A stretch of DNA of 64,000 nt, from positions 55,366,001-55,430,000 of the forward strand of contig OX597832.1 of NCBI GenBank assembly GCA_951406725.2, given 5' to 3'. Source of the stretch: Octopus vulgaris (Eukaryota). Every line of letters starts with the position of its first letter. Position 1 is the first letter of the stretch. Positions 13,458 through 27,147 of this stretch are shown here, in pieces. The notes beneath the pieces were generated by a model. It worked only from the letters and a program-made list of their open reading frames with translations, did not search any database and was not told where the DNA came from. Made by a program: the position numbers and the translations under genes.

Positions 13458-13686
13458 GGCGGCGAGCTGGCAGAAACGTTAACACGCCGGGCGAAATGTT
13501 TAGCGGTATTTCGTCTGCCGTTACGTTGTGAGTTCAAATTCCGCTGAGGTCGACTTTACCTTTCATCCTTTCGGGGTCGATAAATTAAGTACCAGTTACG
13601 CACTGGGGTCGATGTAATCGACTTAATACCTATGTCTGTCCTTGTTTGTCCCCTCTATGTTTAGCCCCTCGTGGGTAATAAAGACA
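13458..13686 (+). mobile_element. SINE family B monomer
   Basis: Full head, central domain and tail gtgggtaataaaga. Confidence 0.85.
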
Positions 13687-14996
13687 ATTCTTACTGTAAC
13701 TTTGTTTTTTTTTTCCGAGATCTATGCAGAAATCACCAATATTAAATCGAGTTCATCGATTTATTATACCTATTTGTAAAATTGGCTAATACAAAGAAAT
13801 TTTATTACAGTTATCGTTGTTAGGGCGGTTGGTTAACAAAACTTTGAGAGCGTCGGAGAAAACGAGATCGACTTTGCATTTTATCCCTTCTGGCCCTATA
13901 AAATACAATACTAGTCAGGTTCCTGGGGTTGACATAATCAAGAAAATGCATCTCCTTAAAACTTATTGGTCTTGTGCCTTTAATCGTATTTATTGGTCGA
14001 AAGACACATGTTATTTTCTTGTTATTTGTATTTGTAATTATGTAACATTTTCTCCGTGTTTTTTTTTTGTCTTTGTTGTCGTACACATTCGCTTGCTTTC
14101 TCCCCCAAAATTTAATGCTCTTAGCTTAGATTTTTTGGGCCAGCCAGATTTGAACAGCCTCAAGTGTAACCGGCCGAAACTGTAAGGATGATCTGGAAAC
14201 TTGACTGACGAGAGAAGGCTGCAAATGACCCGTCCTTTTTTTCCTGTTCGTCTTTGTATCGTCTATCGGATGTTTTATTGTCAATTGTCATCTTGTTCCC
14301 TTTTTTTTTTTTTGTATTATTAGAACAATGGATTGACAATCATTACAGAGCATTGAACAAAATGCTTTGCAAAATTTCTTCTTGTTGGTGAGCTGGCAGA
14401 ATCGTTAGCATGCCAGGCAAAATGCTTAGTAGTATTTTGTCTGTCTTTACGTTCTGAGTTCAAATTCCTCTGACATCATCTTTGTTTTTTATCCTTCCAG
14501 GGGTCAATAAAATAAGTACCAATTGAACACTGGGGTTTGATGTAATCGACTCCCCACCACTAGAAATTGCTGGCCTTTTGCCAAAATTTGAAACCAATGT
14601 TTTCTGGCTCCTTAAGTTCTGAGTTCAAATCATACTCTGATCAATTTTCTATTTCATCCTTGTGGGGGCAAATAAAATACTGGATTGATTAAATCAACTA
14701 ACCCCTAACACCCCAAATTGGAGACCTTATGGCTACATTACAGACCATTAAAATGTGCCAGATAGGTAGAATAAATAAAGCACCAAAGTATCTTGTGGTA
14801 TTTAGTTACGATTCATTATATACTGGTTTCATATCCCTCTATAGTCAAGTGTTTATTTTATGGATTCCTGAGGAATCCTGGGGTCTTTGTAATCAGCTGA
14901 ATTCCTTTCTCTAAAATTTCAGGTTTTGTTCTATTGTTAGAAATGGTAATTTTATTTATTATTATATTTCATTTCATTTTATTTTTATTTATTCAG

Positions 14997-15144
14997 CTTT
15001 TGACAGGGAAGTGAATAGTGGAAATCCTATCTTTGCCGATATTCCATCTGACCCAGATCCAAAAGACGTAACTGATGAAGAAATCTTCAAGTTTGATGAC
15101 TTTCCTCTGAACGCTGTAACACTGCGATCTAAACAAGAGGAGAA
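14997..15144 (+). CDS. BCOR: BCOR-like exon (acidic linker and start of PUFD-like region)
   Basis: Long T-rich tract plus ttcag acceptor ends at 14996, donor gtaagt at 15145; phase 1/2 keeps the frame. Encodes AFDREVNSGNPIFADIPSDPDPKDVTDEEIFKFDDFPLNAVTLRSKQEE, similar in position and composition to BCOR GYDVLANPPGPED...FEFSETPL. Confidence 0.8.
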
Positions 15145-15189
15145 GTAAGTACAACTCTTACAGTTATATATACAATTATACATACATAC

Positions 15190-15489
15190 ATCACCGTGAC
15201 CGACCAGGCTATCAGATGTTGCTACTCATCGCTGGTCACAATGCACTTCGCACTGTTTTAGCCTTCAAATGACGCCACCCCGCTGGCTAAGCGAGCAGGC
15301 CAACAGAAGAAAGAGTGAGAGAAAGTTGTGGCGAAAGAGTACAGCAGGGGTTGCCACCACCCCCTGCCGGACCTCGTGGAGCTTTAGGTGTTTTCGCTCA
15401 ATAAACTCACAACTCCCGGTCTGGGAATCGAAGCTGTGATCCTACGGCCGCAAGTCTGCTGCCCTAACCATTGGGCCATTGCGCCTCCA
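15190..15489 (-). mobile_element. SINE family D variant (same tRNA-like head, different tail)
   Basis: Reverse complement matches the 5' part of the 2553-2938 copy (head plus aaaacacctaaagctccacg) and diverges towards the 3' end. Confidence 0.75.
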
Positions 15490-16755
15490 GATATATATAT
15501 ATATATATGTTCGCTTTCCATGCTGGCATGGGTTGGGCGGTTTGACTGAGCACTGATGAGCCAGAAGCTGCACCAGATTCAATCTGATCTGGCAAAGTTT
15601 CTACAGCTGGATGCCCTTCCTAATGCCAACCACTCCGAGAGTGTAGTGGGTGCTTTTACGTGACACCAGTAAGGCGGTTCTGGCAATGACCACGCTCAAG
15701 AGGTGTTTTTTACGTGCTACCTGCACAGGAACCAGTCCGGCAGCACTGGCAACGACCACACTTAAATGTTGTTTTTCACGTGCCGGTTGGACAGCTCAGA
15801 CACAGAAGGTCACCAAATCCTCAACAGTCATTAGCCAGAGGGCTAAAACACTATTTTGCACCTTCAACGATAATATTGCTCCCCTCTGGAGGCGCCAGCA
15901 GCAAGAAACCACCAGGAAATGGTGAGCCAACAAACAAGGAGTCAAACATATACTAATGAAGCTTATTACATAATTCATAATTTCTTGTTCCTTTGTCAGT
16001 TGTATTACTGCTCATGCTCTGTACGTAAGAAACACTTTTTCCCTTTCCCTTTAAGTATTTGAATATTAAGTGCTAACACCAGATTATTAGTATCCGCTGT
16101 CATCCATACATACAGGCTTGTCCTTTGCAGGTGCCAGTACCACATAAAATGCACCCATGCCAGTGGCACATAAAAAGCACCCAGCACACTCTGTAAAGTG
16201 GTGGGCATTTGGAACGGCATCCAGCCATGGAAACCATTCCACAACAGACAGCTCCCCAGCTGGTCAGTTCCTCTCAAACCATCCAACCCATGACAGCATG
16301 GAAAATGGACATTGAATAATGATGCTGATGCCTAAGCAAAATATATACATACATGTGTCTGTGTGTGTACAATAATTTATGTTTGTAAAGAGAAAATATT
16401 TTGTAGCAAAGATTGTTTGCCAACATAACATGGCAGTCCTGGTTTAGGACTAATGTTGCTGTAATTTAGCCCCCGGAGACATCGTCTCCAGCTGGCTATA
16501 CGACACAATCTGTGTCCTTACATTTTCAAACAAGGGGATCTAGCACCCCCACTCAGCTCAAAACAATATCTGTGTATCGCGATTTCTGGGTTATTTAATA
16601 TTTTGTTTAACCCATTCTGCTTCACAGAACGTCATTATTTTTAGTAGCAAACTCGTTATTTTAATTAAGATGTAATAATTGACTTGTCTCCTCCTATCAG
16701 AATTGTTGTCCTTGAATCAAATTTTGGAAGAATATAACAAATATATGTACTTTAA

Positions 16756-16973
16756 CCCTTTTGTTACCAACCCGGCTGAAACCGGTTTTGAGTACAAATG
16801 TCTTGTTTTCATAAGTTTTGAATTAAAATCTTCCACTAAACCTTAGTTACAATTTATGTTCCTAACACTAGATGAATGATAACTAAGTTATTTTACTAAA
16901 TTCTTTGTTATATTTAAAATTGATTGAAAGGAACACAGAATATCTCCTCAACAGAAATATGGTAACAAAAGGG
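16756..16973. mobile_element. piggyBac-like MITE
   Basis: TIRs cccttttgttacca / tggtaacaaaaggg with TTAA on both sides (16752-16755, 16974-16977). Confidence 0.85.
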
Positions 16974-17004
16974 TTAAAATATATAATAGAGAAACAATTC
17001 TTAA

Positions 17005-17225
17005 CCCTTTCGATACCAACCTGGCTGAAATCACCGCTGGCTTTGTAGTACAAATGTCTTGTTTTCAAAAGTTCTGAATTAAAATCTTCCACTAAACCTT
17101 AGTCACAATTTATGTTCCTAACAATAGATGAATGATAACTAGATTATTCTACCAAATTTTTTGTTGTATCTAAAGTAATTGAATGAAAAATAGAGCATCT
17201 CAGAATAAATACGGTAATGAAAATG
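17005..17225. mobile_element. piggyBac-like MITE, second adjacent copy
   Basis: Diverged direct copy of 16756-16973, TTAA-flanked (17001-17004, 17226-17229). Confidence 0.8.
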
Positions 17226-17288
17226 TTAACAAGAATATATAACTATCTTCATTTTTTAAAAAAAATTTCCTTTCTGTTTTTGTTGCAG

Positions 17289-18228
17289 GTGCATCACTGT
17301 ACAAGACTTAGCGACCTGCACTGGATTGACCTGTGAGGAACTAAAGGAAGCCTGTCCTTCCTCAATATTTACAATGAAACCCGAAGAATTCCTGAAAGAA
17401 ACGGTCGACTCGGTTTGTCTTGGAGTCACCTTATCAAAAATAGAAACGGAAAACAGTGATATAGATTTAATACATTTGCGGGAATATCCAGCTGTTTTAA
17501 GTGCTGTTCAAAAATCAAAGAAAAACGTTTTGAACCTCTTTCATACGCAGTCCCATTCTGATGATACCAAGAACAGCTCTAGCGGCAGTAGTAGTTGTAG
17601 TAGTAATATAAACGACATTGATAATGAAAACGACCTACGAGCAGTATCGAACATGACGAAAGTGACGGCAAAATATCACGCTGGATCGAATGACAGTTTT
17701 GACAGTAATATGCCTCCTAGTCCAGTGTCTCTCTCCGATGATGATGTTTTAATTCTGAATGAGAAAAGTAGTAGTTGTAGTAGTAGTAGTAATAGTAGTC
17801 CGTATCAGGAGATGTCAAAGCAGACTAACATCGCAGCTCAGTCTGTGATTCCCATATGTGATAACAGTGAAAAGACCAATTTTAAACCCACTTCAACAGA
17901 ATCTTCTTCCATTCGGACACTATCCTTTAACAAGAAATATACTGCTCGTACCTCAAACCATGTTGCATTTGACACAGTTTTCTCCAGTTCGAAGACCGAC
18001 ACGGCTTCGACTACATTACATCACAATCGACATTTCACCATTGAAGTCGGGGCGCCACCCGAAGACTGCTACAAAGCTTTGTGCATCGACCAGGGCGATG
18101 TCATCAAAGAGCGAAGCAAAAACACACGGACATCCATGAAAGATTCCTCACAGACTTTTACCGAATCTTTGAATTACGACGAGAAAAGTCAGGTTCAGTC
18201 GGAACCTTCAGTTGTGATCGATCGATGA
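17289..18228 (+). CDS. BCOR: BCOR-like terminal coding exon (PUFD-like region plus long low-complexity tail)
   Basis: Acceptor tttctgtttttgttgcag ends at 17288. The phase-2 join gives K-CITVQDLATCTGLTCEELK..., in frame with the 300-aa ORF 17326..18228; stop TGA at 18226-18228. The four exons splice to 436 uninterrupted sense codons. Confidence 0.82.
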
Positions 18229-19031
18229 CCAAAATGTACAAGAATTAGCTTAGAAATAAATGATGCATAGGCTTCATATGTGATGGGAGCTAAATAGAAG
18301 CGAGAAAAGAAGAAAGTGAGGTGGAGTCATGCAATGCTATAAAATGCTGGCTGGCTGGCTGGCTTGGTTAGCTGGTTGGTTAGAAGGTTTGTCTGTGTGG
18401 ACAGATGCTGTGTTCTGTATGTGTTTTCTAAAGCATTTATATACATCTCACTATTGACGTAGATGTATGCATGTATATATATATCGATGTAAGATCTGGG
18501 TTATTTAAGAGTGATTTCGGTAAATATGTACGTAGATACAACATAGATGCTATTTAAATGTTTCCTTTAATTAATTCCTTCTCGTGTCAATGACGAATCG
18601 GATTATTAAACTCTCGGCATAGTAGACCGTCAATCTTCTTGTCAATTTCCATTTTGTTTGTTGCTCCACAACTAACTTGCTCACCGTCTCTATTCTTACC
18701 TGCTATGCTGTCATGTAAGTGTGGAGAAGCAGTGATGTTCATGCCCAGCCAAGTAGTAGTGATTTTGGCGCCTGTGACACAGGATGCAAAGTGACGATTT
18801 CGCCAGAGGGGCAAACTCCTCATCTGCTCGGCTATCGCAACTCCTTATTATTCATAAAATTAAAATAGAAAGCAAAAAGAGACTATGAAATTTCTGTAGC
18901 TGCTCAGTTTAAAGTTATATGGCCATAGTGAGAGAAACCCCACCCGCATATACACCCACAACTACCATGGTACACCCCACTCAGTTTCACAGATGATGAC
19001 ATCATCACATACAAGCATACTCATACATATA

Positions 19032-19069
<38 letters not shown>

Positions 19070-19179
19070 TACACACACACACACATATAAACATGTATGT
19101 AAATATCAATGTGTGTATACACATACATACACATATAGACATGTAAATATGCATTTGTGTATGTGTGCATAAATGTGTA

Positions 19180-19223
<44 letters not shown>

Positions 19224-22200
19224 AACAAATACATACATACATCATCATCATCATTATCACTATTATTATTATTATTCTATCAGTATATATAAACATATAC
19301 TTACATGTATATATATGTCTGTGAATATGTGTGTGTGTTTACATGTGTATGATATATATATATATATGAATGTATGTGTCTGTGTAGCTTAGTGACTTCA
19401 AACTGTACACCTTACTGAACTGCCATCACCAGTAACGTTATTGGTTATTGAGCGACACAGGCATCATATAGTCTGCTTATGAAATTTTTGTATCACGAGT
19501 TCTGAAGAGCTCTCTCAATATATATATATATATATGTATATATTATTATTATTATTATTATTATTATTACAAATTAATATTCCCTAAGGTTTATATATAT
19601 ATATATATATACATACACACAAACATGTAGACTATATATATATATATGATTATATACCAATATGTTTGGTTGTAAATATATATATATATGTTTATATGCA
19701 AGTGTGTATGTATGTATGTATGTATGACTATATATATATGTCTGTGTGTATGTTTGTATTGCGTGTGTGTAGGCATATAGCTGTATGTATGTATATGTAG
19801 GTGTGCATATATGTTAGTATATGTGTGTGAGTATATATGCATGTGCATATGAATGAATATATATATATATACTTTATAAATAGGGTTCAGCAACGATTTG
19901 CTTCACCACATACCAAAGTTTTATATATATATATATACACACAAACATACAATGACATATATATATCTGCCTATAGTTGCATGTTTACACACACACTCAG
20001 TTATAAGCAGTTGCATACTCTGTCAAAATGTCTCCGGAACAAATGAGAAACTCCTTAAGATTCCTCTGCATTCAGGTGGAACTCTTGAGAAAACCTAACC
20101 TTAACATAGATGGTTCTCATACATTCTTCGAATCAAATCATCTGCATTGCTGTTATCATAGCGTCCCAAGGTAGTAAAGTGAAAGAAGCATCTTTACAGT
20201 TTGCAGAAAACCAAGTGTGTACCTTGCTTGATGATGAAGGCTATATACAATGCAATTTGATTTGAGAAAAAAAACCCATTAGTAGCAAGATCATAAAACT
20301 GAACTGTGTGTCAAACTTGCAACTATACCATAAGATACATATCATTTAGATTTGACTTAGGCATGTATTTCAATCAAATTATCTCTTAAAAACATTTGTA
20401 TTCGATGTACATTTGATACAGTTTAAAACTTAATGAGGTATACTGTATTTAATTTTAATTAACAATTAAATTGACGAACAGGCAGATATGATGTGTGTTC
20501 TGATTGGAGTGCAGTGTTTTTATTCCATGTGATGTTTTAAATATAGGATTTTAATATAGCTTAAAACAGAACAAAAAATTATGAATCATAATAATTTGTG
20601 AAATTGCTTGGAAAAGTTTTGCACTGCTCTCTGATGATCACAAAGTTGTTCACGTGCTTCAGTAAAACTTACCAGGAAATTTTATGAAAATGTATTCGGC
20701 TCTGTTTGAACTGACTGTGAACAAAGTTCTTCAGATACTTGCAGGACTTTCATCAATGTTCTTAGAATTAACATGAGGGCAACAATTCTAAATATGGCTA
20801 TTGATGATGACAATGATGATGATGATGATGATGATGATGCTAAAAATAATAATCTTGAGACTCTGAACTCAGAATGTGTTATAAAAGAAACAAATTTTTC
20901 AAGGTTCATTTATTTATTGGAGAAATACAATATATATATATGTGTGTGTATGTATGTATATATATATATATATGTATATATATTCACACACACATACACA
21001 TATGTATGCATGGACACACAAGCACATTCACTAAAGCACATACATACAAGAAACACACAAAACACCCTTTTCTCCCCAATATTTCCATTGGCCCTTAGTT
21101 TCATTATTCATGTAAAGAAATGGAGAAAATGTAGGGGAGGGGGGAGCAACGATGTTGGGGGAGGAGTCTAAGTTGTGATCTCGTTGGAGTGTTTTTTTTG
21201 TTTTTTTTATGGTCCCCCCACCACCATAATTTCAGGTCGTCATGACTTCTTGTTTGGTAATTTTATCAAATCATATATCTCTCTCCTCCTCCTCCTCCGC
21301 CTCCTCCTTAAAAATGTATAACCTGCTGTGATAATATGAAACAGCTGGCTAATCTGCTCTGGAGGAAGAAAAAAAAAAACTATTTTGTTTGAATAGAAGA
21401 AGAAGAAGCATTAATTATTTGGAAGCTACTAGAACTTTCATTCATTGTTCCATCTTGTTTGTTTTTTGTTTGTTTTTTTTCTTCATCGGTTATCTGTGAA
21501 TTCTTAAAAATTTTATTGATTACATTTTTTTTTTTTTAATTCTCATCAATATTCAAAACAAAAACAAACAAACAAACCAACCTACCAAAACATTTTCAAT
21601 TGTTATTTTCATCCAAGCAACAACAACAAGAACAAGACTATTAAAACTGTGTTGGTAACATGGATGTCTAATGTCCTTTATCATGGATGGTTATGTTTAG
21701 GCGTCCCAGAGCACCAGCTTTAGAAAAAGAAAGAAAAAAAAATAAAATAAAATAAAATAAAATTCTTCAGGAAACAGCTGAGGTTAAAAATATAGACTTT
21801 ATTTAAAAAAATAAATAAATAAATAAATAAATAAAAACATTTAAAGACTCAAAATTTAAAAAAAAAAAAAAACATTTCAGAAAAAAAAAAACAAAATGAA
21901 AAAATGAAAAGAAAATGACAATAATTAATGGAAGAATTTAGTATTTCATGATTGTGTTTCACAGCACAGTAACATTTATGAAAACTTTGAATAATTTATC
22001 TGATTACCTTCGCTTTGACCATTTTGTTATAATTATTATTATTATTATTATTTTTTTTTTTTTTCAATCATAAACTTTGAAGAACTATTACTGAATTTCA
22101 TTATCACTTTCATTATCATCATCTTCATCATTATCATCAGCATCAGGACCATCAGCATCATCCTAATCAATCTAACATTGTTTTTTTTTTTTTTTGGTCA

Positions 22201-25175
22201 TTAATTTTGTTATTCATTCATTCAACAACAACAACAATAATAATAATAATACTATGTTGGTTTGGAATATTGAGAAAAAAAATAACAGTAGCGCTTCTAC
22301 TTCTGTGAGACCCGGGTGCAGGCGTCCTAAATACACATTAAAGTAGAGTGTGCTCTTTCTATTAATTATTAATTATTATTATTATTATTTTTTTTTTTTT
22401 TTTTTCCCAAATGACATCTTCCAAAAATTATCTGGTATCTATCTGTGAATATAACTCGCCACTCAAAAGAGCTGTATTCTTTAACCTACACTATGAGGAA
22501 ATTGCATATTAAATATGCTAATAAAGTTTACTTACAATTTCAAAACTATAAGAGAATTCCACAATGAAAATTTTAGGTGTTTTATTTATAAATAAAATAA
22601 AATAAAATAATGGAAGAACAAAAAAAAAATCTTTAATCTTTAAAAATTCTGCTTTTAAGAGAAACTAACTTATATGTAGGATTAGTTGGTCATCATTTTA
22701 TATATTTTTATATCAGAAACATCTCATTCACTTCATTTCCTTTTTTTCCCTTACAAACACACGCACACACACACACACACATACACACACCACAATGTTA
22801 ACACATAAGCTCCTTTCTTATCTTTCCCTTGTCAATATATAAACAGCCTGTTGGATTTTTTTTTTAGATATCTATTTTCTTTTTTTTTTGTACATACAGA
22901 TATACACATTTCTTTAGCCCACACACACATACACACTCTCACACACACACACACACACACGCACACACACTGACAAGTACAGATACACAAGCTCACACGT
23001 ATGCAAACAAATACAGACTCACTTGTATGCTCACAAATGCAGACTCATTTGCATACTCTTACAGAATCACTTGCACTCACAAAAACAGGCTTACACACAG
23101 GGCTGTCTTAGTAGCATTATCGAGTCCCTAAACTCGTGAGCCCCATTGGGCAACTGCCCAGTGTGCTCATGCCTTAAGATGGCACATCCCACAGACCCAT
23201 TAACAAATACAAAACACATTCACAGATACTAATACAAACGCGCGCACACACAGTTTCTCTTTATGATTATTATTTTTGTTGCTCAAAAGTAAAGTAAATT
23301 AATTTTTCTTCTTCGTACATAAAAAGGAAAAAAAAAGATATGTGGAAAATATTTTGTCGTCTTCTGCTGTTTTGCTAAATAATGTTTTTTCAAGTAAACG
23401 AAGTGCTAGACAACTTTTTTTTACACATTCGTTGTTCTTCAAAAGTAAACTGATTCCAAGAAAGAAAAAAAAAAAAACTAAAAACAAAAGGAAAAAAAGA
23501 TAACAAAACTCAAAAGACACAACCTTCAGCTTCAAGAAACCTTTGAATACATTTTCGCTCCTCCTGCCATTTTAATCCAGAAAGTCTCCCTTCTTAGAGA
23601 TAATTATGAATAATATATATATACACACGTCTGTATGTATATATATGTACATATATATGTCTGTATGTATATATATATATATGTACATATGTATATATAC
23701 GTATATGTGTGTGTATATATATATATATACTTACATGTATATATATGTATGTATATATGCGTATAGATACGTATATGTACATATATATGTATATATATGT
23801 AGATACTTATATGTATATATACGTATGTATATATGCGTATATATACGTATACATATGTGTGTGTGTGTATATATATATATTTGTATATATATGTATATGT
23901 ATATATATATGTATGTATATATATATGTATGTATATGTATGTATGTATATATATATATATATATATGAAGTATATAACGCACTTTCATACCCGCACACAT
24001 ACAACTCTTCCACTTCTAACTAGTTAACCACTATCATTACTACTACTCCTACTGCTACTCGTAATCCTACTCCTACCCCTCTTTCCACGTATGTGTGTAT
24101 GTATGCAATTGTGATATTATACATACGCATTTGTATGTATGTATGTATGTATATATGTAATTTTACACACCCTAAAGTGTTCTGCCAGGTAATTTTAAGA
24201 TTCCGCCCGGAAAGATGGTTCACTCTTGTTTTATTACTACTCAACTTCTGTGTTTATTTGCCTTGTCTTTCTAAACCCCACCCCTTTTACAAACACACCA
24301 CCACCACCACCACTACTACTACCATCACCACCACTACCACCCACCCAATCCCCATCACTAACCATAACCACCACAATCACAACCACCACCACCACCACTA
24401 CCACCCGGTATCGTTTGGATTTCCTTACAGAATGAGAAATTATAATAAGAATAATAAACAAGGAAATCTGTATTTAAAAAAAATTCAGAGGTTACAATTG
24501 GATAGCCTTTTTTTTCTGTTTGTTTTTCTTTGTTTATATATTATAATTTTTTTTTTTTTTTTATCATCTCGGTGGAAGTATTCCTATAGGTTTTGTGACT
24601 GTTCTTGAAGCCTGCTATTGTGAAAAAGTCAGTTTTTAGTATGTGGACTAAAAAAAAAAAAAAAAAAGTCAATCACGTGATCTGTTAGAACCGAGGTTAA
24701 GCAACGAGAAACCGTTGTGACCTCTCTCCTCTGGCAGTTTTGGCTAATTGGCGAAATGACAATTTTTTTTTTTGGTAAACATGTTTAAGAATATTACAAA
24801 AAAAAAATAATAGATTATTATTATTATTAAAATTATTATTATTATTAATATTAAAACTATTAAAATTCTGTTAAAAGGAACAGATTAATCAATGTCTGTG
24901 GAATAGCTCTTGTCTTGTATTCGTGGTTTTTACGGCTGACAATATGGTGCCTACAGATTGTAATGAATGAATGGGGGTGGCCACTGTTGGCCTCTTCAAC
25001 TGTATACTTCTATTTATTAAAACCAGAAGTCATTGTTATACACCTCATTTTGTTGTATTGTCGTTTTTTTTTTTTTGTTTTGTTACACATTCGTAGCTCT
25101 TAACAACCAATCATGTCATCAGGGGGCGGGGGACAAAATGTTGCTTTCTCAATAAATTAACTGCATATTGGGTCA
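18229..25175 (+). other. Putative long 3' UTR of the BCOR-like gene
   Basis: AU-rich and microsatellite-rich but lacks the SINE families that saturate the rest of the window. AATAAA at ~25151 is followed by T-rich sequence. Several earlier AATAAA sites exist, so the end is uncertain. Confidence 0.45.
23610..23970. repeat. Degenerate (TA)/(TATG) microsatellite
   Basis: Seen directly. Confidence 0.95.
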
Positions 25176-25389
25176 CTATGTTAAGATTAAGTACATATTT
25201 TTGTTCTTTTATTTCTTTCGATTTCTGAATTCGATGTAAACTTGAAGATAAGCACCTTTTCTTTCGTTGGTACAAGCAATATTTCTGTACCACTTTTAGC
25301 GCGCGGTCTTCCTCCATTTTTACGCTACAGCATGCATTCTACATGCACATTTACACTTCAGCATGCAGTCTACCTCCACTACAAGATCT

Positions 25390-26183
25390 GGATCTTTTCG
25401 GTTTGAACGGCAGTTTTTGACATAATTTCTAGGTAACTAAAAAATTTTAAACTTCGTATACTGGTAGAATGTGTTTATAAAACATCATTTTCTCTTGGCT
25501 TTATTGAGAAAATTCTATAGTTTGAAAGATATTTTCTTCAATTTCGGCAATTTCAACCAATCAATTACGTCTATTGAGGTAAACAACATTCTGTGCCGTA
25601 TGAATATTCCCTCGTTTAAGAAACAGATTGGGTTTATTTACATTTGTGAAGAAAAAAAGATACCCTTCACCCCACCCCTAACCCTAACCATAACTAACCC
25701 TAAATCTAAAATAGATTGAAATGCAATAGATCGATTCTAGGGTCATAATTATAGGTGATAATTTCATATGACACCGCTAGAAAAAACTGCCATTTTCTCT
25801 AGCGGTGTTATAATGAAATTGTCGTCCATAATTATGACCCTAGTATCGATCTATTGCATTTCAATCTATTTTAGATTTAGGGTTAGGAGTGGGGGGAAGG
25901 GTATCTTTTTTTCTTCACAAATGTAAATAAACCCAATCTGTTTCTTAAACGAGGGACATATTCATACGGCACAGAATGTTGTTTACCTCAATGGACGTAA
26001 TTGATTGGTTGAAATTGCCGAAATGCAAGAAATTAAAGACGAAATATCTTACAAACTACAGAATTTTCTCAAGAAAGCCAAGAGAAAATGTTTTATAAAC
26101 ACATTCTACCAGTATACGAAGTTTAAAATTTTTTAGTTACCTCGAAATTATGTTAAAAACTGCAGTTCAAACCGAAAAGATCC
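25390..26183. mobile_element. ~800-bp palindrome: two inverted, fused copies of a CCCTAA-containing MITE
   Basis: Outer termini ggatcttttcggtttgaac / gttcaaaccgaaaagatcc; the arms are complementary along their length; flanks caagatct / taagatct look like a TSD. Confidence 0.8.
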
Positions 26184-26225
26184 TAAGATCTTTATAAAAT
26201 CAAGTTGAATAATGTTGAATAATAG

Positions 26226-26430
26226 GGATTTATTACATTATGTAACACGGTTTTAGTCCTTAGGTAGTAACTATTGCTTCCCATTTGCTTACCCCTAGAA
26301 AGTATGAAAAAAAGTTATTTCCTTCAAGATTTATTATACTATGTAACACGGTTTTTGTCCTTAGGTAGTAACTATTGTTTCATATTTGCTTACCCCTAGG
26401 AAGTATGAAAAACAGCCAATATTTCCTTCA
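26226..26430. repeat. Two-copy tandem duplication, ~100-bp unit
   Basis: gatttatta...atgtaacacggttt..gtccttaggtagtaactattg...gcttacccctag.aagtatgaaaaa occurs twice. Confidence 0.85.
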
Positions 26431-26788
26431 ACCTTTGCTTTTGTTACAATATTTATTCAACCCACAATGAATCCCTCTTAACCCATGGCTATGACGCTCC
26501 CGCACTATTCCTGCTCATCATCAGAGATGCATATATTGTCAACCACTAAGGGACATGCTCAAGTGGTTAAGATCAAGCCACCGATAAGCAAATCTGATAG
26601 AAGCAATTAGGAAATAACACTTAATGATCAAAGAGAGCGAGCAAATCTGGTATTGAGTAGAATATTTGCTATAACGATATATCTGCTTCAGCAACTCAGT
26701 GCCGAATCTGTCTGAAATGTAATGGAAAATAGGTCAGTTTCAAAACATCTACGTCCAGATGACAAAAGCAAAATTTGAAGGGGATAGG

Positions 26789-27147
26789 GACATCGTTCGT
26801 GCGTTTGTACTGGTTTTAGCTTTAAGGTTTGGGGGTTAGGGTGTTATGGTTAGGATTTTAGGGTTAGGGTTGTCATAAATAACAGTGATAAACGAAATAT
26901 ACACCGCCGGAAGTTCTTGTTGACAAACAATAGCAGTAATTTATTCAGCTGAATACACGTCATTGATTGGTTGAAATTAACGAAATACGACAACTTTAAC
27001 GTTAAATAATTTCCTAAATATAAGCTTTTCTCAAAAACGCTAAGAGTAAAAGATGTTTCATATGACACATTCTACAAGTATACGAAGTTTGAAAGTGTTT
27101 AGTTACAAAAAATATTTTTTAAATCTGTCGGTCAAAAGGTAAAGATC
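26789..27147 (-). mobile_element. CCCTAA-containing MITE subfamily (gatctttaccttttgac terminus)
   Basis: Reverse match to 45939-46330; related to the 25390 element. Confidence 0.75.

Noticed and set aside
14140-14190. Hammerhead relic ttgaaca-gcc...ggc-cgaaactgta
   Set aside because: Two core mismatches and no helix I; too degenerate to call.
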